NCBI GenBank assembly: GCA_051362555.1
Contig: CM120647.1
Location: 10,702,651 to 10,766,650 of the forward strand
Length of the DNA stretch: 64,000 nucleotides
Source: Lingula anatina
Taxonomy: Eukaryota > Animalia > Brachiopoda
Direction of reading: 5' to 3'
The notes beneath the pieces are model-generated. The model was not told the DNA's origin and searched no databases. It saw only the letters and a program-made list of their open reading frames with translations. Position 1 is the first letter of the stretch. Each line of letters opens with the position of its first letter. This document shows, one piece after another, positions 1 to 10,800 of this stretch. The position numbers and the translations under genes are program-made.

Positions 1-64
1 AGAGAAAAGAAATATAATTGTCGACGCAGATGTAAACTTTCTAAAGTATACCGTATTATTATGC

Positions 65-264
65 AAAAGGTAATTTGCTAAGTCCCACGGGCGCCCTCAT
101 TCGTTCTCGTCTGGTGGCATCCCGATTCAGGGGCCAGGTCGTTGTCGTGATGGACTGACCTGCCTCATCCGGGACTCGAACCCGTGACTTTGCGTTACCA
201 AGGTTGATGACGCTTTGGATGTGTCATTTGCATCCATGCACGCTACCGACTGCTCCGTGACTGA
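65..264 (-). ncRNA. Putative Pol III-transcribed, tRNA-related ~190-200-nt RNA (element 1); first copy, repeated in all 33 units
   Basis: Minus strand: perfect box B GGTTCGAGTCC (172-182); box A-like TAGCGTGCATGG (234-245) or CGGAGCAGTCGG (246-257); first downstream TTTT at 65-68. TAACGCAAAGTCACGGGTTCGAGTCCCGGATGAGGCA resembles a tRNA-Ile 3' half. Hairpins TGGATG/CATCCA, GCGT..ACGC and CAGGTC/GACCTG. No acceptor stem, so not a canonical tRNA; 5' end approximate. Confidence 0.6.
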
Positions 265-338
265 CCCGCCCACCCTCCGTACGTGCGAGTTTCCTCTTAT
301 AGTAATCAATCGCAATTTAAAAAAAAATTAATTCTGGC

Positions 339-432
339 AAAAATATTGTCACAGTAGCTGCTGGGACTCGAACCGGCGTTCGAGCGACTGCCTGCATGCA
401 AGCCAGGAGAGTTACCACGCAGCCACGACAGC
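339..432 (-). ncRNA. Putative Pol III-transcribed ~93-nt RNA with vault-RNA-like panhandle (element 2); first copy, repeated in all 33 units
   Basis: Minus strand: box A-like TGGCTGCGTGG (415-425), perfect box B GGTTCGAGTCC (364-374), TTTTT terminator (339-343). The 5' and 3' portions pair as TGTC/GACA, GTGGCTGC(G)TGG/CCAGCAGCTAC, ACTC/GAGT and CTGGC/GCCGG. The cloverleaf T and acceptor stems do not form. Confidence 0.6.
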
Positions 433-3400
433 TCCGTTGTGGCGGAGTAATCGGATGGAAACTTTCAACCTCGTCACCGAAGGCGCCAGATTGGGTGCAC
501 ATGTGTAGCCCTGCTGTCGCAATCGATAATCCGGGTGCCGCATTTCGGCCCACGCAACCCCAGTCCCCGACATGAACGGTAAAATTCATGATGTACACGA
601 AGCCGTGTTTGACAACCCGACTCGGAGCTCGGAGTTTGTTTTATACTAAGATTGATTTTGGCTTTACCCATGATATTAAAGAGTACAGTGGGATCAGAGG
701 CGGTGCACAACCGACGGGTTTTACTTTTAGCGAGACCATATAGGAGGAGAGAATTAATAAAAAAAATAAAAATAAAAATACATTCAAGTGTTTAATTACT
801 GGCGCGATTGCAGCCTTGGAAAATTTCGCGTAAAACATATTTGGCAAAGAATTCCGCCGAGGAGATATCGTTTTTCTATCGAACACGGTTAACAGGTGGT
901 ATGACGTGCTGTTATACCGGAAAAGCTACAGAATCGAAACAAGTTGGATCGTATTCATTGATAGGCCTGCTCTGTACATTCCTAGTAATAAAGATGACTT
1001 CGGATGCTGTTATTTTCATTTGGTTTTGCATTGAGATAACGTTTGGTTTCACCTTTGACGTTGTAGAGCACGATGACGTCCACAGCCGTTCACACCTCGG
1101 CGGTTTTAGTATTGAGTAGTCTTTACTCTTTCCAGTGTCGACTGCGGACATGCCCCGGGTAGTGTATGAACATATGAACAGTCTTGAGAACCAAGGGCCC
1201 AAGACAGGAAAGGAGGGGCTTAAAAAGACGAAACGGGTGCCTGATAAAAGGATTGGAGGTGACGCGACTTTTGTATAAAATCAAAAGTTTTCTCTCTGCT
1301 AATCCCAGCAAAAAGATGGCACATTTTGATGGAATGCAAACCATACGGAGTTAGCTATAGCTTAATTTAAGTTCAAGATCTGTGGCACCAATATAATGAC
1401 TTTTAACTGAAGAGAAAAGAAATATAATTGTCGACGCAGATGTAAACTTTCTAAAGTATACCGTATTATTATGCAAAAGGTAATTTGCTAAGTCCCACGG
1501 GCGCCCTCATTCGTTCTCGTCTGGTGGCATCCCGATTCAGGGGCCAGGTCGTTGTCGTGATGGACTGACCTGCCTCATCCGGGACTCGAACCCGTGACTT
1601 TGCGTTACCAAGGTTGATGACGCTTTGGATGTGTCATTTGCATCCATGCACGCTACCGACTGCTCCGTGACTGACCCGCCCACCCTCCGTACGTGCGAGT
1701 TTCCTCTTATAGTAATCAATCGCAATTTAAAAAAAAATTAATTCTGGCAAAAATATTGTCACAGTAGCTGCTGGGACTCGAACCGGCGTTCGAGCGACTG
1801 CCTGCATGCAAGCCAGGAGAGTTACCACGCAGCCACGACAGCTCCGTTGTGGCGGAGTAATCGGATGGAAACTTTCAACCTCGTCACCGAAGGCGCCAGA
1901 TTGGGTGCACATGTGTAGCCCTGCTGTCGCAATCGATAATCCGGGTGCCGCATTTCGGCCCACGCAACCCCAGTCCCCGACATGAACGGTAAAATTCATG
2001 ATGTACACGAAGCCGTGTTTGACAACCCGACTCGGAGCTCGGAGTTTGTTTTATACTAAGATTGATTTTGGCTTTACCCATGATATTAAAGAGTACAGTG
2101 GGATCAGAGGCGGTGCACAACCGACGGGTTTTACTTTTAGCGAGACCATATAGGAGGAGAGAATTAATAAAAAAAATAAAAATAAAAATACATTCAAGTG
2201 TTTAATTACTGGCGCGATTGCAGCCTTGGAAAATTTCGCGTAAAACATATTTGGCAAAGAATTCCGCCGAGGAGATATCGTTTTTCTATCGAACACGGTT
2301 AACAGGTGGTATGACGTGCTGTTATACCGGAAAAGCTACAGAATCGAAACAAGTTGGATCGTATTCATTGATAGGCCTGCTCTGTACATTCCTAGTAATA
2401 AAGATGACTTCGGATGCTGTTATTTTCATTTGGTTTTGCATTGAGATAACGTTTGGTTTCACCTTTGACGTTGTAGAGCACGATGACGTCCACAGCCGTT
2501 CACACCTCGGCGGTTTTAGTATTGAGTAGTCTTTTCTCTTTCCAGTGTCGACTGCGGACATGCCCCGGGTAGTGTATGAACATATGAACAGTCTTGAGAA
2601 CCAAGGGCCCAAGACAGGAAAGGAGGGGCTTAAAAAGACGAAACGGGTGCCTGATAAAAGGATTGGAGGTGACGCGACTTTTGTATAAAATCAAAAGTTT
2701 TCTCTCTGCTAATCCCAGCAAAAAGATGGCACATTTTGATGGAATGCAAACCATACGGAGTTAGCTATAGCTTAATTTAAGTTCAAGATCTGTGGCACCA
2801 ATATAATGACTTTTAACTGAAGAGAAAAGAAATATAATTGTCGACGCAGATGTAAACTTTCTAAAGTATACCGTATTATTATGCAAAAGGTAATTTGCTA
2901 AGTCCCACGGGCGCCCTCATTCGTTCTCGTCTGGTGGCATCCCGATTCAGGGGCCAGGTCGTTGTCGTGATGGACTGACCTGCCTCATCCGGGACTCGAA
3001 CCCGTGACTTTGCGTTACCAAGGTTGATGACGCTTTGGATGTGTCATTTGCATCCATGCACGCTACCGACTGCTCCGTGACTGACCCGCCCACCCTCCGT
3101 ACGTGCGAGTTTCCTCTTATAGTAATCAATCGCAATTTAAAAAAAAATTAATTCTGGCAAAAATATTGTCTCAGCAGCTGCTGGGACTCGAACCGGCGTT
3201 CGAGCGACTGCCTGCATGCAAGCCAGGAGAGTTACCACGCAGCCACGACCGCTCCGTTGTGGCGAAGTAATCGGATGGAAACTTTCAACCTCGTCACCGA
3301 AGGCGCCAGATTGGGTGCACATGTGTAGTCCTGCTGTCGCAATCGATAATCCGGGTGCCGCATTTCAGCCCACGCAACCCCAGTCCCCGACATGAACGGT

Positions 3401-6400
3401 AAAATTCATGATGTACACGAAGCCATGTTTGACAACCCGACTCGGAGCTCGGAGTTTGTTTTATACTAAGATTGATTTTGGCTTTACCCATGATATTAAA
3501 GAGTACAGTGGGATCAGAGGTGGTGCACAACCGACGGGTTTTACTTTTAGCGAGACCATATAGGAGGAGAGAATTAATAAAAAAATAAAAATACATTCAA
3601 GTGTTTAATTACTGGCGCGATTGCAGCCTTGGAAAATTTCGCGTAAAACATATTTGGCAAAGAATTCCGCCGAGGAGATATCGTTTTTCTATCGAACACG
3701 GTTAACAGGTGGTATGACGTGCTGTTATACCGGAAAAGCTACAGAATCGAAACAAGTTGGATCGTATTCATTGATAGACCTGCTCTGTACATTCCTAGTA
3801 ATAAAGATGACTTCGGATGCTGTTATTTTCATTTGGTTTTGCATTGAGATAACGTTTGGTTTCACCTTTGACGTTGTAGAGCACGATGACGTCCACAGCC
3901 GTTCACACCTCGGCGGTTTTAGTATTGAGTAGTCTTTACTCTTTCCAGTGTCGACTGCGGACATGCCCCGGGTAGTGTATGAACATATGAACAGTCTTGA
4001 GAACCAAGGGCCCAAGACAGGAAAGAAGGGGCTTAAAAAGACGAAACGGGTGCCTGATAAAAGGATTGGAGGTGACGCGACTTTTGTATAAAATCAAAAG
4101 TTTTCTCTCTGCTAATCCCAGCAAAAAGATGGCACATTTTGATGGAATGCAAACCATACGGAGTTAGCTATAGCTTAATTTAAGTTCAAGATCTGTGGCA
4201 CCAATATAATGACTTTTAACTGAAGAGAAAAGAAATATAATTGTCGACGCAGATGTAAACTTTCTAAAGTATACCGTATTATTATGCAAAAGGTAATTTG
4301 CTAAGTCCCACGGGCGCCCTCATTCGTTCTCGTCTGGTGGCATCCCGATTCAGGGGCCAGGTCGTTGTCGTGATGGACTGACCTGCCTCATCCGGGACTC
4401 GAACCCGTGACTTTGCGTTACCAAGGTTGATGACGCTTTGGATGTGTCATTTGCATCCATGCACGCTACCGACTGCTCCGTGACTGACCCGCCCACCCTC
4501 CGTACGTGCGAGTTTCCTCTTATAGTAATCAATCGCAATTTAAAAAAAAATTAATTCTGGCAAAAATATTGTCTCAGCAGCTGCTGGGACTCGAACCGGC
4601 GTTCGAGCGACTGCCTGCATGCAAGCCAGGAGAGTTACCACGCAGCCACGACCGCTCCGTTGTGGCGAAGTAATCGGATGGAAACTTTCAACCTCGTCAC
4701 GGAAGGCGCCAGATTGGGTGCACATGTGTAGCCCTGCTGTCGCAATCGATAATCCGGGTGCCGCATTTCAGCCCACGCAACCCCAGTCCCCGACATGAAC
4801 GGTAAAATTCATGATGTACACGAAGCCGTGTTTGACAACCCGACTCGGAGCTCGGAGTTTGTTTTATACTAAGATTGATTTTGGCTTTACCCATGATATT
4901 AAAGAGTACAGTGGGATCAGAGGCGGTGCACAACCGACGGGTTTTACTTTTAGCGAGACCATATAGGAGGAGAGAATTAATAAAAAAATAAAAATACATT
5001 CAAGTGTTTAATTACTGGCGCGATTGCAGCCTTGGAAAATTTCGCGTAAAACATATTTGGCAAAGAATTCCGCCGAGGAGATATCGTTTTTCTATCGAAC
5101 ACGGTTAACAGGTGGTATGACGTGCTGTTATACCGGAAAAGCTACAGAATCGAAACAAGTTGGATCGTATTCATTGATAGGCCTGCTCTGTACATTCCTA
5201 GTAATAAAGATGACTTCGGATGCTGTTATTTTCATTTGGTTTTGCATTGAGATAACGTTTGGTTTCACCTTTGACGTTGTAGAGCACGATGACGTCCACA
5301 GCCGTTCACACCTCGGCGGTTTTAGTATTGAGTAGTCTTTACTCTTTCCAGTGTCGACTGCGGACATGCCCCGGGTAGTGTATGAACATATGAACAGTCT
5401 TGAGAACCAAGGGCCCAAGACAGGAAAGGAGGGGCTTAAAAAGACGAAACGGGTGCCTGATAAAAGGATTGGAGGTGACGCGACTTTTGTATAAAATCAA
5501 AAGTTTTCTCTCTGCTAATCCCAGCAAAAAGATGGCACATTTTGATGGAATGCAAACCATACGGAGTTAGCTATAGCTTAATTTAAGTTCAAGATCTGTG
5601 GCACCAATATAATGACTTTTAACTGAAGAGAAAAGAAATATAATTGTCGACGCAGATGTAAACTTTCTAAAGTATACCGTATTATTATGCAAAAGGTAAT
5701 TTGCTAAGTCCCACGGGCGCCCTCATTCGTTCTCGTCTGGTGGCATCCCGATTCAGGGGCCAGGTCGTTGTCGTGATGGACTGACCTGCCTCATCCGGGA
5801 CTCGAACCCGTGACTTTGCGTTACCAAGGTTGATGACGCTTTGGATGTGTCATTTGCATCCATGCACGCTACCGACTGCTCCGTGACTGACCCGCCCACC
5901 CTCCGTACGTGCGAGTTTCCTCTTATAGTAATCAATCGCAATTTAAAAAAAAATTAATTCTGGCAAAAATATTGTCTCAGCAGCTGCTGGGACTCGAACC
6001 GGCGTTCGAGCGACTGCCTGCATGCAAGCCAGGAGAGTTACCACGCAGCCACGACAGCTCCGTTGTGGCGAAGTAATCGGATGGAAACTTTCAACCTCGT
6101 CACGGAAGGCGCCAGATTGGGTGCACATGTGTAGCCCTGCTGTCGCAATCGATAATCCGGGTGCCGCATTTCGGCCCACGCAACCCCAGTCCCCGACATG
6201 AACGGTAAAATTCATGATGTACACGAAGCCGTGTTTGACAACCCGACTCGGAGCTCGGAGTTTGTTTTATACTAAGATTGATTTTGGCTTTACCCATGAT
6301 ATTCAAGAGTACAGTGGGATCAGAGGCGGTGCACAACCGACGGGTTTTACTTTTAGCGAGACCATATAGGAGGAGAGAATTAATAAAAAAAAAATACATT

Positions 6401-7026
6401 CAAGTGTTTAATTACTGGCGCGATTGCAGCCTTGGAAAATTTCGCGTAAAACATATTTGGCAAAGAATTCCGCCGAGGAGATATCGTTTTTCTATCGAAC
6501 ACGGTTAACAGGTGGTATGACGTGCTGTTATACCGGAAAAGCTACAGAATCGAAACAAGTTGGATCGTATTCATTGATAGGCCTGCTCTGTACATTCCTA
6601 GTAATAAAGATGACTTCGGATGCTGTTATTTTCATTTGGTTTTGCATTGAGATAACGTTTGGTTTCACCTTTGACGTTGTAGAGCACGATGACGTCCACA
6701 GCCGTTCACACCTCGGCGGTTTTAGTATTGAGTAGTCTTTACTCTTTCCAGTGTCGACTGCGGACATGCCCCGGGTAGTGTATGAACATATGAACAGTCT
6801 TGAGAACCAAGGGCCCAAGACAGGAAAGGAGGGGCTTAAAAAGACGAAACGGGTGCCTGATAAAAGGAGTGGAGGTGACGCGACTTTTGTATAAAATCAA
6901 AAGTTTTCTCTCTGCTAATCCCAGCAAAAAGATGGCACATTTTGATGGAATGCAAACCATACGGAGTTAGCTATAGCTTAATTTAAGTTCAAGATCTGTG
7001 GCACCAATATAATGACTTTTAACTGA

Positions 7027-7899
7027 AGAGAAAAGAAATATAATTGTCGACGCAGATGTAAACTTTCTAAAGTATACCGTATTATTATGCAAAAGGTAAT
7101 TTGCTAAGTCCCACGGGCGCCCTCATTCGTTCTCGTCTGGTGGCATCCCGATTCAGGGGCCAGGTCGTTGTCGTGATGGACTGACCTGCCTCATCCGGGA
7201 CTCGAACCCGTGACTTTGCGTTACCAAGGTTGATGACGCTTTGGATGTGTCATTTGCATCCATGCACGCTACCGACTGCTCCGTGACTGACCCGCCCACC
7301 CTCCGTACGTGCGAGTTTCCTCTTATAGTAATTAATCGCAATTTAAAAAAAAATTAATTCTGGCAAAAATATTGTCTCAGCAGCTGCTGGGACTCGAACC
7401 GGCGTTCGAGCGACTGCCTGCATGCAAGCCAGGAGAGTTACCACGCAGCCACGACAGCTCCGTTGTGGCGAAGTAATCGGATGGAAACTTTCAACCTCGT
7501 CACGGAAGGCGCCAGATTGGGTGCACATGTGTAGCCCTGCTGTCGCAATCGATAATCCGGGTGCCGCATTTCGGCCCACGCAACCCCAGTCCCCGACATG
7601 AACGGTAAAATTCATGATGTACACGAAGCCGTGTTTGACAACCCGACTCGGAGCTCGGAGTTTGTTTTATACTAAGATTGATTTTGGCTTTACCCATGAT
7701 ATTAAAGAGTACAGTGGGATCAGAGGCGGTGCACAACCGACGGGTTTTACTTTTAGCGAGACCATATAGGAGGAGAGAATTAATAAAAAAAAAATACATT
7801 CAAGTGTTTAATTACTGGCGCGATTGCAAGTATACGGAGTTAGCTATAGCTCAATTTAAGTTCAAGATCTGTGGCACCAATATAATGACTTTTAACTGA
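7027..7899. repeat. Short array unit, deletion type A (873 bp)
   Basis: Junction cgatTGCAagtatacgg at 7825-7828 joins unit position ~811 to ~1339 through TGCA microhomology. Confidence 0.95.
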
Positions 7900-10800
7900 A
7901 GAGAAAAGAAATATAATTGTCGACGCAGATGTAAACTTTCTAAAGTATACCGTATTATTATGCAAAAGGTAATTTGCTAAGTCCCACGGGCGCCCTCATT
8001 CGTTCTCGTCTGGTGGCATCCCGATTCAGGGGCCAGGTCGTTGTCGTGATGGACTGACCTGCCTCATCCGGGACTCGAACCCGTGACTTTGCGTTACCAA
8101 GGTTGATGACGCTTTGGATGTGTCATTTGCATCCATGCACGCTACCGACTGCTCCGTGACTGACCCGCCCACCCTCCGTACGTGCGAGTTTCCTCTTATA
8201 GTAATCAATCGCAATTTAAAAAAAAATTAATTCTGGCAAAAATATTGTCTCAGCAGCTGCTGGGACTCGAACCGGCGTTCGAGCGACTGCCTGCATGCAA
8301 GCCAGGAGAGTTACCACGCAGCCACGACAGCTCCGTTGTGGCGGAGCAATCGGATGGAAACTTTCAACCTCGTCACCGAAGGCGCCAGATTGGGTGCACA
8401 TGTGTAGCCCTGCTGTCGCAATCGATAATCCGGGTGCCGCATTTCGGCCCACGCAACCCCAGTCCCCGACATGAACGGTAAAATTCATGATGTACACGAA
8501 GCCGTGTTTGACAACCCGACTCGGAGCTCGGAGTTTGTTTTATACTAAGATTGATTTTGGCTTTACCCATGATATTAAAGAGTACAGTGGGATCAGAGGC
8601 GGTGCACAACCGACGGGTTTTACTTTTAGCGAGACCATATAGGAGGAGAGAATTAATAAAAAAAATAAAAATAAAAATACATTCAAGTGTTTAATTACTG
8701 GCGCGATTGCAGCCTTGGAAAATTTCGCGTAAAACATATTTGGCAAAGAATTCCGCCGAGGAGATATCGTTTTTCTATCGAACACGGTTAACAGGTGGTA
8801 TGACGTGCTGTTATACCGGAAAAGCTACAGAATCGAAACAAGTTGGATCGTATTCATTGATAGGCCTGCTCTGTACATTCCTAGTAATAAAGATGACTTC
8901 GGATGCTGTTATTTTCATTTGGTTTTGCATTGAGATAACGTTTGGTTTCACCTTTGACGTTGTAGAGCACGATGACGTCCACAGCCGTTCACACCTCGGC
9001 GGTTTTAGTATTGAGTAGTCTTTACTCTTTCCAGTGTCGACTGCGGACATGCCCCGGGTAGTGTATGAACATATGAACAGTCTTGAGAACCAAGGGCCCA
9101 AGACAGGAAAGGAGGGGCTTAAAAAGACGAAACGGGTGCCTGATAAAAGGAGTGGAGGTGACGCGACTTTTGTATAAAATCAAAAGTTTTCTCTCTGCTA
9201 ATCCCAGCAAAAAGATGGCACATTTTGATGGAATGCAAACCATACGGAGTTAGCTATAGCTCAATTTAAGTTCAAGATCTGTGGCACCAATATAATGACT
9301 TTTAACTGAAGAGAAAAGAAATATAATTGTCGACGCAGATGTAAACTTTCTAAAGTATACCGTATTATTATGCAAAAGGTAATTTGCTAAGTCCCACGGG
9401 CGCCCTCATTCGTTCTCGTCTGGTGGCATCCCGATTCAGGGGCCAGGTCGTTGTCGTGATGGACTGACCTGCCTCATCCGGGACTCGAACCCGTGACTTT
9501 GCGTTACCAAGGTTGATGACGCTTTGGATGTGTCATTTGCATCCATGCACGCTACCGACTGCTCCGTGACTGACCCGCCCACCCTCCGTACGTGCGAGTT
9601 TCCTCTTATAGTAATCAATCGCAATTTAAAAAAAAATTAATTCTGGCAAAAATATTGTCTCAGCAGCTGCTGGGACTCGAACCGGCGTTCGAGCGACTGC
9701 CTGCATGCAAGCCAGGAGAGTTACCACGCAGCCACGACCGCTCCGTTGTGGCGAAGTAATCGGATGGAAACTTTCAACCTCGTCACGGAAGGCGCCAGAT
9801 TGGGTGCACATGTGTAGCCCTGCTGTCGCAATCGATAATCCGGGTGCCGCATTTCGGCCCACGCAACCCCAGTCCCCGACATGAACGGTAAAATTCATGA
9901 TGTACACGAAGCCGTGTTTGACAACCCGACTCGGAGCTCGGAGTTTGTTTTATACTAAGATTGATTTTGGCTTTACCCATGATATTAAAGAGTACAGTGG
10001 GATCAGAGGCGGTGCACAACCGACGGGTTTTACTTTTAGCGAGACCATATAGGAGGAGAGAATTAATAAAAAAATAAAAATACATTCAAGTGTTTAATTA
10101 CTGGCGCGATTGCAGCCTTGGAAAATTTCGCGTAAAACATATTTGGCAAAGAATTCCGCCGAGGAGATATCGTTTTTCTATCGAACACGGTTAACAGGTG
10201 GTATGACGTGCTGTTATACCGGAAAAGCTACAGAATCGAAACAAGTTGGATCGTATTCATTGATAGGCCTGCTCTGTACATTCCTAGTAATAAAGATGAC
10301 TTCGGATGCTGTTATTTTCATTTGGTTTTGCATTGAGATAACGTTTGGTTTCACCTTTGACGTTGTAGAGCACGATGACGTCCACAGCCGTTCACACCTC
10401 GGCGGTTTTAGTATTGAGTAGTCTTTACTCTTTCCAGTGTCGACTGCGGACATGCCCCGGGTAGTGTATGAACATATGAACAGTCTTGAGAACCAAGGGC
10501 CCAAGACAGGAAAGGAGGGGCTTAAAAAGACGAAACGGGTGCCTGATAAAAGGATTGGAGGTGACGCGACTTTTGTATAAAATCAAAAGTTTTCTCTCTG
10601 CTAATCCCAGCAAAAAGATGGCACATTTTGATGGAATGCAAACCATACGGAGTTAGCTATAGCTTAATTTAAGTTCAAGATCTGTGGCACCAATATAATG
10701 ACTTTTAACTGAAGAGAAAAGAAATATAATTGTCGACGCAGATGTAAACTTTCTAAAGTATACCGTATTATTATGCAAAAGGTAATTTGCTAAGTCCCAC

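Noticed and set aside
245-430. 7SL/SRP-like words on the minus strand (AGTCCCAGC..TACT; GGTC....ACGGAGCAG)
   Set aside because: No GNRA-capped helix 8, T-run terminators lie between the two matches, and the similarity is short.
161-432. Canonical tRNA genes (Ala-TGC-like loop in element 2; Ile-like 3' half in element 1)
   Set aside because: Acceptor stems do not form, the T stem fails in element 2, and element 1 has extra arms. They are tRNA-related at most.
921-976. Third degenerate Pol III element (GTTTCGATTC, 7-bp closing stem, TTTT)
   Set aside because: Box B has mismatches at key positions, there is no box A, and both deletion types remove it.
1120-1262. Twister-like words (GGGCCCAAGAC, GATAAAAGGAGTGGAGG)
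   Set aside because: The conserved AAGC loop and the P1/P2/P4 pairings cannot be built, and the region is partly or wholly deleted in short units.
1400-1440. Hammerhead ribozyme core CTGAAGA...GAAA at the unit junction, as in newt or schistosome satellites
   Set aside because: No stem I or stem II pairing around the core.
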